A stretch of 64,000 nucleotides of DNA from Chiloscyllium plagiosum (Eukaryota). Positions 10,662-24,680 of this stretch are shown in pieces (the stretch's first letter is position 1; each line of letters starts with the position of its first letter). A model generated the notes under the pieces. That model was not told the origin of the DNA, made no database searches, and saw nothing but the letters and a program-made list of their open reading frames with translations. Position numbers and translations under genes: made by a program. The stretch is from positions 82,155,450-82,219,449 of the forward strand of contig NC_057711.1 of NCBI RefSeq assembly GCF_004010195.1, in the 5' to 3' direction.

Positions 10662-11774
10662 GTACGACTGTCAATTATTTGTGAATTAAACAATATATTT
10701 CGTTTTCTTTCCTGTAAAGGCTGTTGTTTTATTTCACCTTTTACTTTCTTCAGTCAGCAAGTACTCGAGCAATTGTAAAGCAACAAACATTGCTGAAGTG
10801 AGAAAAGAAAGTGATAAGTTGAGCTGGATTTTCCGAAGGCCAGAATTGAGCAGTGCAGGACTGGAGTTAGACATAACAATCTCTGGGAATTGCCCAGTAA
10901 ATAGGAGATTCTTCACCTTCACCTGAACACTTCGAAAGAATCCATTAAAGGCAGATTAATTTAGTGTTTACCCAGGAAAAGCCAGAAGATTGAAAGCCCA
11001 GTCTGCCTCCTGGGTAACAACTTAAACTGTGTCTCCTCCAAAAAGAATCAACAAACCTCCCCACCTCCAACTCCCGTGAACCCTTACAACATACCACAGA
11101 TTTCTGACGATCACAGTTCCCTGACCACACCATCCCAATCCTACACGATTCCAGAACCCTAACCCTTTAACAGACTGCCACTCTGTAACCCTACTCTTCC
11201 CTTTCACAGCAGCTGTCAAGCTTTCTGACTGTGTATTGAAACCTCAGAATTTGGTAGACTAACTGCTGTAAGAGGAGGGGGGGGGAGGTTATTGTTGGAT
11301 TGCTGAGTGTATGGATGGAGTGGTGATTAAACAGTAACTGCTGTGTGTGTGTATATGGGGGGGGCTTTGGGAAGTGGGATTGCAGAGTGATTAATAAGGA
11401 GTGGGATCCCAGTTGTGGAGAAGGGTTGCTGAGTGAGTTGAAACCTACATGTAATGTATACATGAATTAATATTGTCACAGTATATTAAAATAATTTCCA
11501 TAAACTTTAACATTCCAAAAGTTAATAATTGTCCTTTTAATGGTGTTTTCTTTTGTTTTGCTGGTGTTTGGAGTCATGTTAATTTCCAAGTTTTTGTTTT
11601 TATTCTTTTGTGGAATTTGGGCACTGCTGGCAAGAACAATCTTTGTCCATCCTTCAATTGTCCTCAAGATTGTAATGTTGAGTTAAGATGGAATCATGCT
11701 GGAAAATAGTTTATGAAGCACTACCTATCATGGTGGTTTTACTTCACTGCACGTGTATAATCCAGCAAGATCAT

Positions 11775-12325
11775 ATTAGAGTGATAATCATAGATATCTA
11801 TAGCACAGAAAAAGCACAGCAGGTCAGGCGGTGTCCAAGGAGCAAGAGAATCAACATTTTGGGCATAAGCCTGTCATTATTCCTGATAAAGGGCTTATGC
11901 CTGAAATGTTGATTCTCCTGCTCCTCAGATGCTGCCTGACCTGCAGGGCATTTCCAGTGCCACACTTTTCGACTCTGATCTCCAGCATTTGCAGTCCTCA
12001 CTTTCTCTTTTACAGGCAGTGTGTTCTGGATTTCCACCACCATGTTCGTGAAAAAGTTTTCTCTCACATCTCCTCTTAAACATGCTGCTCTTTACCTTAA
12101 ATCTATGCCCAGTCATTGATCCCTCCAGCCAAGGAGAAAAGTTTCTTCCTGTCTGCTCTTTCTATGCCCTTCATAATTTAATACAATTCAATTATGTCCT
12201 CTTTCATAATCTTCTGCTCGAAAGAAAACAACTCCAGCCTGTCCAATCTCTCTTCATAACTGAAACTCTCCAGCCTAGGCATCATCGTGATAAATCTCCT
12301 CTGCAGTCTTTCCAGTGCACATTCA
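11775..12325 (-). mobile_element. CR1 3' fragment hosting a fold-back Penelope derivative
   Basis: ALERLQRRF..M.P.LESFSYEERLDRLELFS and RENFFT.MVV on minus. Confidence 0.8.
11808..12007. mobile_element. Short fold-back Penelope terminal-repeat element with degenerate hammerhead motifs
   Basis: About 11808-11877 is an imperfect inverted copy of about 11881-11956; matches the 3' terminus of the Penelope at 36281-36372. Confidence 0.8.
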
Positions 12326-13669
12326 TCACTTCCGTTATTAATATTCATTTCATCCTCTATTATGTGCACTAACTGCATTGTTCACTGAAATGGTGAGGTC
12401 ACATTAGTGATTTAATAGAAGCCAAGTGAATACCAAGCACAACATGGCTACCGCCTGTGACCTGAGCTGGCCACAGGATGCATTCCATGTGCCATGATGT
12501 CAACATCAGACACTGTGTTGCTGTCAAGCAGTCAGGAGGCAAGGTGGTTGCTGGGGCCCCATCTGGAGTGGGACACAGGTCAACACCAAGAGCAGGGAGC
12601 AGAGGAGTACTGAGATGGTAGGTCCTGTCGAGCCACTGTCTCTCTGCTTGCCCCAGAGTTTTGGTTGGCCCAGTCAGAGCTGGATAGGGTCCTGCCATTG
12701 TTAACATTTCCAGAAATGTCATTTCCTTCTGTGACACGTGTCTTGACAGCATTACACCTTTGCTCTTTGTGCCACTAGGTGGTAGCATTCGCATTAAATG
12801 TGGCCTAATGCAAATACATAATAAGAAAAAAGATTAACAAAAGTAAAACTAGTGTTTTCCCCCCACTTGACTATTTGGTAGTCCTTAATATGCTGCAAAC
12901 ATCATCATAGATCATTGTTGAACAGCACAATCAAAGAGCCAATTGTATGACGTAGCCTCGTCTGACTGTCACTTCATGACTGTCAGTTAAATTCAATGGT
13001 TATAGTCATTACTTTATTTCACAAGCCATCCTTATCTTCCACTGCTGATAATTTAATAGGAAGAAATATTTAATTCCCAGAATGTGCGCCCTGTACCTAG
13101 AGATTTACAACACCAGAGGTAATTCAGCTCTTTGTATCTTTGTTAACTCTTTGCAAGAACTATCCAAAACGATTTCCAATTTCCCACTCTTTCCCTGAAA
13201 GTTGCTGTTGCTGCCTGCCTCGTGTTTTGCCTATGGCAAAACATTCCATGCTCCAGCAAATTTTGTCTAACGTTTTTCCAAACTTTCCTCTTCACTCAAT
13301 AACAATTATAAGGTAATGACTTCTCATCACTAACTTCCCACTTGGAGAAAATGATCATTTTTTGGTTGAAGCCAAGATTTATTAGTAACGTCTCTCCATT
13401 TCAATTAGTGTTCTGGATTCTTGATTAATTTCCAATGATTTTCACTTTTGTTTATGAACATCAAAATGCTATCCTTGTTACGTATTTCTTTTCATATCCC
13501 TCTATCTGCATGCATCTTTCCAGTATCATGGGGATATTTTGCACTGCTTTACCTGTTTAATAATCTTAATCCCAACCCTATCCCCTACACTCCATGGTTT
13601 GCTTTTTTCCCTCATTAGTTTAAATCATATTTTCCGATAGCTCTTGTTTTTTCTGTTCGCGTATTAGGT

Positions 13670-14845
13670 TTTGGTATGAATTTTGGTAAAGCATTTGACA
13701 AGGACACACATGGCAAACTGATCAGAAAGTAAAATTGCATGGGATAGAAAGGAATTTAGGCAAGTTTGATCTAAAATTGACTCAGTGGCAGGCAACAAAA
13801 GGTAATTGATGCATGTCTTTGCAAATGGGAAGTGGTTTCCAGTAGCATTCCAACAAAAGCTCCTTCTTGGGTCTCTTGCTGAAGTCTGTACTCAAGATCT
13901 TGACTTAAATGTGGGAGTCAGAGTGTGGGGCTGGAAGTGCACAGCCAGTCAGGCAGCGTCTGAGGAGCAGGAGAATGGACATTTCAAGCATAAGCCCTTG
14001 ATCAGGAATGAGGCTTAATGGGGAAATTTGCACAAAGATGACACAAAATATTGATAGTGAAGATGACTGTTGACTCCAGAATACTATCAGTGGGTGCGAA
14101 TGTGGCAAGTGGAATTCAATCCAGAGGAGTGAGGTTATATATCTGGTGAGGACAAACAAAGCAAGAGAATACACAGTAAACAGGAGGCATTGAGAGGAGT
14201 AGAGGAAGTGAGAGACCTTGCCTCAAGGACCTGTGGACAAGATGTAGATTAGATGGTAAGGAAAGTATATAGATGCTTTTACTTGACACTATATAGTCTA
14301 TAAAAGCAGGAATGTAGTACTGGAACTGTGTAAAACATTGATTAGGTCATAGCTGGAATTTGATGTACAGTTCTGGTTGCCATTTTAAAGAAAGGATATA
14401 ATTACTGTGGAGAAAATACTGAAGAGATTTCTAAGACTGCAAAACAAAGACTTGAAAATTGCAGCCATGAAGATTAGATTATGTTGTTTTCCTTGGAATA
14501 GAAGAGGCTAAGTGTGATCTAATTAAGGTGCACAAAATGATGGGCATAGATATACAGGAAAGACCTGTGTCTCCTAGAGGAGACATCAATTACCAAGGGA
14601 CACAATTTTAAAGTGAATGGTAGAAATATTACAGGGAATATACCGAAAAATATTTTCACCCAGAGAATGGGGAGATATAAGCAATTTGCTGCTCAACTTT
14701 ATGGGAGTGAAAAACCTCAAACTGTTTAAAAGGATTTACATACTAAGTGCTGTAACCTTAAGGCAACTGACCAGATGCTGGGATGTAGGATTAGAATGAG
14801 TGGCAGAGGAATGATCATTGAACGGTGCCTTTCTGTGCTGTAACC
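13670..14845 (+). mobile_element. Old CR1 RT-to-tail fragment with a Penelope terminal-repeat arm inserted at about 13915-14015
   Basis: aaagcatttgacaagg (KAFDK), tggcaagtggaattcaatccagag, cagttctggttgcc, agaagaggctaag; the insert matches 36281-36372. Confidence 0.78.
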
Positions 14846-15929
14846 TTTCTCCTCTCTTCAAATAATCCTTACACAAGTTAACCCCTAGTATGACACTCTT
14901 AACAAAAAGACAAAAATCAAATGATAAATGGCAAACTTAGAACTGTAATGGAGACGTAATTCCTCTATGGCTATAGTCCCATGATCTTTCCACAATGCCT
15001 GAGAAATCTGAAATGTCTCTTCGATAGCATCTGACAGAATACAAGGCAAATGTGCTTCTCCTCAATCAGCTCTGGTCCTTAAGCTTGCTGTTTGTATTAT
15101 TCCCATTAATCTGCCTTACTTTAAATAATTAAACCATTTAGCCAGATTTAGTATCAAATGAATGGAATTTTAATTGTTATATCCTTAAAGACTGATGTTT
15201 TCTTGGATTGTACAATGTTTTATTAAATATGTAAGATGTTAAAATATGCAATGCGATCACCTAATTCTTTTCCATGAAGCTTTTGTATGAAGTTGTAACA
15301 GGTAGCCAGTATAGATCAGATGCAATGAATCTCTTTAATCTAACTCTGGTTATTTAAAATCATGAGTGCAATTTTTAAGCTGCATTTGGCTGTCCCTTTA
15401 AAGGCTATTTGGGTTATGTTCAAATATGATAACAAAGACTGCATCTTATCTTTCCCCAGAGATTACAATCAGGACAAATAATTGGGCAGCATGGCTCAGG
15501 AGAGAAGCTCTCCTACTTCCCACTACCTGACTAAATTCTAGGTGAGATGGTCCATAAGGAACCTTCTTGATCCGCCACCAATTAAAACCCTTATATGGTC
15601 AGTGTGTTACAGTTAAGAGCCATAACACACCACCTTCCTAAGTACTTTCCTCTCTGACAGGTAAGCAAGTTTGGTTAGTTTTTCAACTGGAAGACAATAG
15701 TGACCTGTCAGGCTCTTGAGCCGAGAGACCCAAGTTCAAGCCGCACTTAAGTAACATTTCTGAACAGGTTGATTAGAGGAAAAGAATGTTTTTCTCAAAA
15801 ATAAAATGGTGACCTGTCTGCTGGGTTAGGCTGAGTTGCTACCAATTACATCATTCTGGAGACAATCGTGCATGGATGTATGGACCTCTAAAAGCTGCAC
15901 CCTGACCTTGCCTCTGACCCCACCCTTTA

Positions 15930-16915
15930 GTAGTAGGATATGAGGAAATGGCCGAGACATTGAACAGGTATTTTGTGTCAGTCTTCACAGTGGAGGACAC
16001 GAATAACATGCCAGTAATTGACAAAGACATGAAAGTAGGTGAGGACTGGGAAACGATCATTATCACAAAAGAGGTAGTGTTGGGCAAGCTAATGGAGCTA
16101 AGAGGAGACAAATCTCCTGGCCCTGATGGAATGCATCCCAAGGTAATAAAGGAGATGGTGGGAGAAATAGCAAATACACTTGTGGTAATTTTCCAAAATT
16201 CACTTGATTCTGGAGCAGTTGGAAAACGCAAATGTAATGCCACTGTTTTCTAAAAAAAAAAGGAGGTAGATAAAAGCTGGGGAATTACAGACTGGTTGGC
16301 TTAACTTCTGATGTGGGGAAAGTGCTTGAGGCTATTATCAAGGGAAAAATAGGAAGGCATCTAGATAGAAATTGTCCTGTTGGGCAGACACAGCATGAGT
16401 TCATGAGGGGCAGGTCATACTTAACTATTCCACTGCAATTCTATGAAGACATTACGAGCACAGTGGACAACGGGGACAGAGTAGATGTGGTGTATCTAGA
16501 TTTCCAAAAGGCATTCAACAAGGTACTGCACAAAGGCTGCTGCATAAGACAAAGATGTATTTGCATGGATAAAGGATTGGTTAACAACTAGGAAGCAGAG
16601 TGCTTTTCTGGTTGGCAATCAGTAGTGTGCCTCAGGGATCGTGTTGGGACTGCAATTATTCACAATTTACATAAATCTGGAGTTGGGGACCACATGTACT
16701 GTGTCAAAGTTTGTGGATGACACTAAGATTAGTGGTAAAGTGTGCAGAGGAATGTGAAACATTGCAAAGGGACATAGTTTAAGTGAATGGGCAAAGGTCT
16801 TGCAGATGGAGTACAATGTTAATAAATGTGAAGTCATCCATTTTGGTAGGATGTTGAATGTTGAAGCAGGCTCAAGGAGCTGAATGGCTTACTTCTGTTC
16901 CTATTTCGTATGGTC
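15930..16915 (+). mobile_element. CR1 LINE ORF2 fragment with deletions and 3' tail
   Basis: LNRYFVSVFTVED, KSPGPDGMHPKV, DVVYLDFQKAFNKV. Confidence 0.88.
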
Positions 16916-17864
16916 TGTGATTTTAATTCCAAAATGCCTTAAGTACTAAAAGACAGTAGCAAAAACTAGAGACTGTCAAAGTAAATGTAAAATACAGAAA
17001 ATTGAGATTTTGTGAAAGTGTTGAGCTTTCCATCACCATAACATCGTATTTTGTAGCTAGTGAAGTGGAATGCTGTTGTCTCATGTAGGCCTGCACTTTA
17101 TCAGTCTAAGAGGCCTGCAGCAAACCCAACAGATCTTAAAACAGAAATTACTGTGAACACTGCAAAATGTTGAAAATTATAAAGTCCTACTTGGCTAATT
17201 CTCTGCTTTCTTCACCCCCCCCCCACCCACCTTGCACCCCACTGCATTTCAAAACTTGGATGGAGGATGGTGTTCTTTGTTGATTCAGAGCACCTTATCT
17301 GTGGTATTCAGCTTAGTCAGATTGAATAAGTTGAGGATAGTCTGACAATGCAGGTTGTGCATGATGGCTATATTCGATTTGCTCAATAATTCTGTCTTCC
17401 TGTCTACTAAAATGAGCAAGGATAATTTTGGGATGGTGAACAGAAAAGGAAAGCTCCATTTGATTTGCTCGAAAAAAAAATTGCTTCACCTGAGTAATTG
17501 CAAGTTAAAGTTCATGTGGCATAATGGAATTAGAATTCTGCAATAACTTTGATACTGATACAAGACCTTTATTGATTTTCAAGTACTTGACAAAAAAAAG
17601 GAATGAACACAATAAGCTAGGAAACTTAATCAGTGGAATTCAATGGGTATTCTTTGAAGAAGCAGTTAAAAATGGGAGTCAATGTCGTAAGACAGAAGTT
17701 TCTAGAATAATGCAAAGTTCATAACAGCTAAGGGAATAGCAAAAAGGATGGTGGCAGGACGATGTTGAGAGTTGTAAGTTGACTAAATTTGGAAGAATGA
17801 AAGGTCTAAGCTTAGATGTTGGGCACAAGGAGGTTGAAAAGTTAAGAGCGAGGATGTGCCAAAC

Positions 17865-18035
17865 AATCCAAAGATGTGCAGGTTAGGTGAATTGACATGC
17901 TAAATTGCCCATAGTGTTCACAGATATGTAGGTTAAGTGCATTAGTCAGGGATAAATGTAGAATAATAGGGTAGGGGTCTGGGTAGGTTACTCTTCAGAG
18001 GGTTGGTGTTTCCACACTGTAGGGATTCTATGATT
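17865..18035 (+). mobile_element. HE1-type SINE 3' half
   Basis: tccaaagatgtgcaggttaggtgaattg...gtttccacactgtagggattctatgatt. Confidence 0.8.
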
Positions 18036-18054
18036 ACAAGAGAATGTTGAAATC

Positions 18055-18450
18055 AGTGCATTCTGTGAAGGGAATATTGCTGGGTTATGTGAATGTAGAG
18101 ATAACTGGTAAATGGGACTTGGAATGTAGACTGAAGAAATTTGTACAGATTTTAAGTCTACCAAAGATGAATTTCTTAAGTTTTGAAGGGGGCGCATTGA
18201 GGGAAGGGCTATAAGTGATAATTGCAGGCAGGTTTCAGTGGTCGCTGGTGAAGTCAGGTCAGAAGTGAATAATAATACCATGATGGAAATAGTTAATTAT
18301 TGTGATGTTTAGAAAGTTTGAAGGCCAAAGTAAATATGCTTTGGCTGCATATTATCTTGTTAGGTGGAAAAATATCAGGCAAATATCCTTGACAGTATCT
18401 GGCACATGGTACGATAGCAGTTATGTAATTCAAGATGCTGGCAAAGTTGG
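18055..18450 (-). mobile_element. Highly decayed L2/CR1-group LINE fragment
   Basis: Weak resemblance to the RT region of ancient LINEs; no clean motif. Confidence 0.35.
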
Positions 18451-18777
18451 AGCTGTTATGGTAGCTGATCTTTCTGCTTTTACAGAATCTCAAACACAAG
18501 TATGAGCAGAATTAATTTGGGCACTGTATTAATTCTGAATAATTTTGATCCCTTACCCGTGGCATTGCTCAACTTTGACCACTTAAATAAATTGCCTGTT
18601 GCCTCACTTCTGCCAGTCCTGTGCTGAAGGGAGGCATCTTCCGTCAGTTTTCCCTCTCTGTGAAACAGCATCTTGTATTCACTTTGCATACTTGCAAAGG
18701 AGACAAACCGTCCTTTTCTCAGTCCAGAATTTTTTGCTTGTTACTTGACATGTCTTTTCTCACCTTCAGTGTGTTTT

Positions 18778-21700
18778 AAATACATTTTTATTGAAAAATA
18801 GATTTTTTAACAATACAACAAATGCAAAACAATACAAAAAAAAACCAAAAAAATGTAAAAAAAATCCAATCCTCCCTTCTATACAAATGTATAAGTATGT
18901 ATAGAAAAATACATAATTAAAAAATCTGCAATTAACAACTTAAGTAAATAAATAATAAGATATAAATTAATAAATAATAACACTGCTCAGCCAAACAAAA
19001 CACTCGCTCTCGACTATCGAGGGCATTAGTTTTCAACATATTCATACGTTAGCAGTTTCCCCTGTCTGCTTATTGGACTCGCAAAGCCCTTGTTAGTGTG
19101 GCAAACAAATCTGGTCAATTATTCGACCAAATCAAATAGGGCCGCCATGTCTTAAAAATTCTCAGCTTTGTGGTGTACCATACTTGTGAAAAAATCCAAG
19201 GGGATATGCTCCATAACAATCTTCCGCCAATCCGACAGGCCCGGGGGATTTTCGGATCCCCAAGATATTCTTGCGCAGAAAGTGAGGATGTTGAAAAGTC
19301 TTTTCTCATGCACATCTACAGGGAGTACACTGGGCAGGCCAAGAAGAGAGATCTCCACCCTTACACCCAAATTCCCCTCCATTGCACCTGCCACAGAGTT
19401 CCAGTATGTTTGAAGCCTACTACAGGACCAGAGACAATGGCTAAGATTAAATTCCCTACAGTGTGGAAACAGGCCCTTCGGCCCAACCAGTCCATACCGA
19501 CCCTCCGAAGAGTAACCCACCCAGACCCATTTCCCTCTGACTACTGCACATAACACTATGGGCAATTTACCATGGCCAATTCACCTGACCAGCACAGGGA
19601 GGACACCCGTGCAGACACAGGGAGAATGTGCAAACTCCACACAGACAGTCGACCGAGGCTGGAATCGAACCTTGCACCCTGGTGCTGAGAGGCAGCAGTG
19701 CCAACCACTGAGGCACTGTGCTGCCCCAAAGAGTGCCCATACCACTTAGGACATGCTGAAGATACCCCTGGTTTAAATTTTGACAGATGATCCAGAGACA
19801 AGTGGAGCCTTTGGAGAATCTTTGACTGTAAAGCGGTGGGACCTATTGCAAATTGATATCTATCTTGCATTTTCCCAAATATCCTCCCATGCTTTCGAGG
19901 AGACCTCAACGCCTAGCGCTCTGTCCTACATCCTGCAGAGTCGATCAAACTCATTTGAGAGGGCACCCCCAATTGATGATGGAAAGTGCTGACAGAAAGT
20001 GCACTCTTAGCACTGAGCACCCTCCTCTCTGGCAGATTTATAGGGATCTGTCAAAAGTTTAGTCTTTTTTTTGAATAAAATCCCTAACTTGAAAAAAAAG
20101 TGAGGTCCCTGTTAGATAGCTTGTATTTCCATGCTAACTGATCAAATGATATTGTGTCTCCCTCAAATAAATCGCTCATACAAGACACACCTCTAGCTGC
20201 CCAATGTTTGAATCCTGAATCTATCATCCCCGGTTGAAAACCAGGCATACCCATTGTAGGTGTAAGAGAAGATGTTTTGCCAATATTGCCTTCCGTCTGC
20301 TGAATTGCCCTCCATGCTTTAACAGTATTGATAACTATTGGATTATGACAATATTCCCTAACCGTCCTCATTTTGTCCAAAAACAGCGAGGTAGTAAGGG
20401 GGCACTCTGCCTGATATCTAACCATATTGAAGGAGGGTCCCCACAATCCCAATCACTCTCATAAGATAAAAGCGAGCTTAGTTGATGGTTTTTAATGTCT
20501 GGGAGATCACTCCCCTCCAACCTCCTGCCCCGATCTGTGAGGCAATTGTAGTTTATCTAATTTAATAAGGGGCCGATTACGATGCAAAATAAAAGAGCTG
20601 AACCAGCCATTCTGTCTCCTAAATGTTTGCTTATTGAAGATCAGGCAGAGTATCTGTATAGGGTACAACAAACTGGGGAGAATATTCATCTTCATAAGCG
20701 CTGTCTGACCCAAACACTAGACCAGAAGTACCTCCCATATTTGAAGGTCTTGTTTGATTTGGTTGAATAATTGAACAAAATTAGCTTTAAACAACTGATC
20801 AAGAACTGGAGTGATGAATGTGCCCAAATACACAAATCCCTGCTGTGACCACTTAAATGGGAATTGATATTCACCCTCCAGACCTAGCTCCTTCATAAAA
20901 CCACCCATAGGCATAGCCTCTGAGTTTGCAAAATTAATCTTGTACCGCAAAAAGGTGCCAAACGGACTGATGCATTGTATCAGGCGAGGCACCAAAACTG
21001 CTGGATTTGACAAAAAAATGAGGACATCGTCCACGTACAACAAAATCTTATGTAATTTTGACCCCACTTCTGCAGTGATATATTGGGATCCCTACAAATG
21101 GCCTCTGCCAATGGTTCAATCACCAATATCGGCTGCCCCTTAAAATGTTAAAATTGCTTGATCATATCCCATTGGCGATGACCGCAGCGAGAGAGTCACT
21201 GTAGAGAATCTTTACCAATCTTACAAAGCTTCGTCCAAACCACACTGCTCCAGAGTATAAAAAAGGTACAGCCACTCAATTTGGTCAAATGCCTTTTCTG
21301 CATCTAGAGAAATTACCAGCTTCTGTATTGATTGTTGACACGCTTGAATTTAAACAGCCTCCTAACATTATAGGAGGGTCTACGGCTCTTCATGAAGCCC
21401 ATCTGATCCTCTGTAACAATAGAAGGTAACACAGTCTCCAGTCTTAATGCAAGAGTCTTTGAGAGGATTTTGAAGTCCACATTTAATACTGAAATGGGCC
21501 TGTACAAAGCACAGTCCTCTGGGACCTTCCCTCTCTTAAGAATAAACAAAATATTAGCCTATCTTAGAGATGGTGGGAGATGATCATGACGAGTCATTGA
21601 ACATGTTGAGCATCGGGTCTGACAATATGCTTATAAATTCCTTTATAGAATTCGATGAGAACTCCATCAGGACCAGGTGCCTTTCCGTTCTGAAGCTGCT

Positions 21701-24680
21701 TCACAGCCTCCTGCACCTCTTGCTCTGATAAGGGGGCATTGAGAAAAGACTCTTGTTCGGGGGTCACGCCCGGGAGCTTCAGATCCTTAAAAAAGACTCC
21801 ATCTTGGCCCGCCCCTCCTCACACCCTCAGATTGGTATAACTTAGAGTAAAATCTCTGCAATGCCACATTAATCTTTTTTGAGTCAATGTTAAGTTCCCA
21901 GATCCTTCCCTAATCGCCGTAATGGCTTGTGGGGCACTCCATTTCCTGGCGAGATATGCTAGGTACTTGCCTAGCCTATCACCCTGCTCGTATAACTTTG
22001 CTTTGAGAAAATAAGCTTCTTTGCTGCCTGCATGAGCACTGAATTCAATGCAGACCGCAGCACCGTAATCCTCTAGAACTTAGCCAACGAGGGCCTGTCA
22101 AATGAAACCTCCTTGGCTGTCATCAACCGTGCTTCGAGGAGACGTTGCTGCTCACCCTTCTGCCTCCTACTGGCAGAATAGGAAATAACTAACCCCCGGC
22201 ATAGGCTTTGGCAGTTTCCCAAAGGACAGATGGGCTACTAACTGAGCCTGAGATAATGTCTAAGGACGCTCAAAATTCCCTAGAGAAGTACTCCACAAAC
22301 TAAGGAACAAGGGATCCATTCGCCAGTGACTCGGGCGGGGGGGTCCTGAAACGTTCTTAATCTTAACCAACAGGTACACTGGGGCATGATCAGAAATGGT
22401 AATATTACCAATCGTGCAAGATGCCACCAAGTCCAGGGTTGCCACAGGGGTCAGAAAAAAAAACAATTCTGGTGTGATATCCATGTGGATTGGGAAAAAA
22501 CATAAAATTCCTGCCTTGTAGGGTGGAGACACCTCCAGACATCCATCAACCCTATCTCCACACACACATCCACTAATTGTTTAGTTTGTACAGATTGTAT
22601 CGGGGGCCTTTGTGTAACCTGTCTACTGTGGGATCCGTGAGACAATTAAAATCTCCTCCTAAAATGACATGCTGGGAATCGAGACTGATCAGTTTGGAGA
22701 ATGCTTCTACCAGAAATTTGAAGGGATAGGCCGGAGGGCATTAAACATTTAAAACACCATATTCTGCCCTGTTTATCCAGGCTTTGAGAATTACAAACCT
22801 CCTCTGTGTGTCTTTAACACGCCTAGTAACTTAAATGGGAGATTCTTTCTAACCAATATAGCCACTCCCCTACTTCTGGTATTAAAAGATGAAAAGTAAA
22901 CCCAATCAAAGCTGTTCTGCTGTAGTTTCAGATGCTCCCTATCATCCAAGTCTGTCTCCTATAACAAAGCAATATCCATCTTTTTCTTTCTAAGACTTGA
23001 AAGTACCTTCTTCCTCTTAATTGGTGAATGACTCCCCTTAATTTTTCCAGGTACACCATTTAATCAATTCATTAGCCATAACCTTCCGCAGTAACATTTA
23101 GGTTCCAGAGAGGAGGAACTCAAACCACAAATCGCCAAGCCTTACTGTTATAAGATCCATCGAATATAAAATCTACATAAACTAAACCACTACAGTTAAC
23201 AAACCTACAAAGCTGTCAAAGATTATATAGAACAAAAACCAAAAAACAAACCAACATATAAAGCGCCAACGGCACTGAATAGGGGAACTCACCCCCTGCC
23301 CCAAGGGGGCAACTACACATCCCAAAACCCAACTTCCCATCACACTGCCAATACTGCAGCCAGGGCATTTAAATACCTGAACCAGGTATAAACTGCCCAT
23401 AAGCAGGATCTTGCCATCTCAACTATTTTCTCCCCTCCTAGCTAGAGCTGCAGCGCAAACACAAGCAGAAGAGAAAGAAAATAAATCATGGAATAACAAT
23501 GTGAATAAAGAAAATTTGAAAGAAAGAAAATAAGTGCCCCACCCCTCCTTTGGTATAATTTAACTTAGAAATTGAAAGTACACATCTCAACCACCGCCAA
23601 ACGTAGTGTAGACCAATTTAAAATAAAAGGAAAAGAAAGCCCCGACCGAACTTCCTCCTTTTTTTTAAAAAGAAAAACAGAGACATACCCAAATAACTAT
23701 TTGTACATACTAAGTTGTTCAGATTGTTAATTTGTACACAGTCTCTTGCCTTCTCTGACGTATCAAAGAAATGTACGGATCCATCTCAGGTGATCTGAAA
23801 CACCGCCAGATACCTCCAGAGAGTACTGGATCCCAAGCTCCCTCAGTCTTCTCTTGATACCATCATAACATTTTCTTTTATGGATCACCGCCGCTGAGCA
23901 GTCCTGGAAAAACATAATCTTAGAGCCCCATAAATTAGGGGCTTTGGATTCTGGAAGCTTCCACGATTCTCTCTTTATCTCTATAGTGATGAAACCATTC
24001 CAAGATAGGATGAGGACGTTGGTCCAAACCTGACCTCTGCGGCATGACCCGGTGAGCCCGCTTGATCTTCAAACCTCCGTTAACAAATTTCGGCAACCGG
24101 TCCTCAATAAATTCCACTGGCCACTCACCTTCCCTACCCTCCAACAGACGAACAATCCGCATTTTTTTTTTCTGCCCCTGTTCTTGAGGTTATCAACTTG
24201 GTCAAGCAACTTATGGACCTGTGTCTCCAGGGCTTGGATCCTATCCTCGGAGGAACCAGTATCAACTTCCACCACTGTGACTTTGCATTCTACGTCATCC
24301 GTCCTTTTTTCTCCAGGTCTCCCAGCTGTTGTTCGTGCTTCTGCAGCATGATAGAAATTGGGACCAACTTCTTTATCTGCTTACCCACCATCTTGAGAGG
24401 TTTCACGATCTCCTTCACCAGGGCCTGTTAAGAAATAGAGTCTGAGGATCTGGGCCTGGTCTGTGCCTGGCCTCGGATGCTGCTCCTCCCTTCTTTGGCA
24501 TTCCTCGATTGCGAAAACCAGGGTAAGTTGATTTTTAACAGTTTGCTGGGACTCCACGACCTTTCCAGAGTCCCAGGATATTACAGTGGTCCACGTAGGG
24601 TGGGTTAAAAGTTCGTCCTGCTTGCGCTGTGGTGCGGAGCTCTGCTACATGATATTCCTAGATCGCCACGATCTTGGATC
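18778..24680 (-). mobile_element. Full-length but disabled L1-clade LINE in IDNK intron 2, antisense to the gene (ORF1 about 24500-23730, ORF2 about 23079-19100)
   Basis: ORF1 LKNRGR...LKIKRAHRV...FHHYRDKERI; endonuclease ISDHAPV; RT YRPISVLNVDFKILSKTLALRLE and LLYVDDVL; C-terminal CPK...HCLWSC; AATAAA near 18790; tentative TSD CAGTGT(G/T)TTT at 18767 and 24682; many stops and frameshifts. Confidence 0.92.
19444..19727 (-). mobile_element. HE1-type SINE nested in the L1 ORF2 3' end
   Basis: SINE head, core and tail with an internal deletion; L1 sequence resumes on both sides. Confidence 0.88.

Noticed and set aside
10355..10693. Minus-strand 112-aa ORF overlapping IDNK exons 1-2
   Set aside because: Its SLSLSL/PLPLPL content is the translated microsatellite; no independent coding evidence.
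10734..10925. Possible extra IDNK exon after the pyrimidine tract and AG at about 10752
   Set aside because: Exons 2 and 3 already join in frame to give a complete gluconokinase, and the translation has no recognisable similarity.
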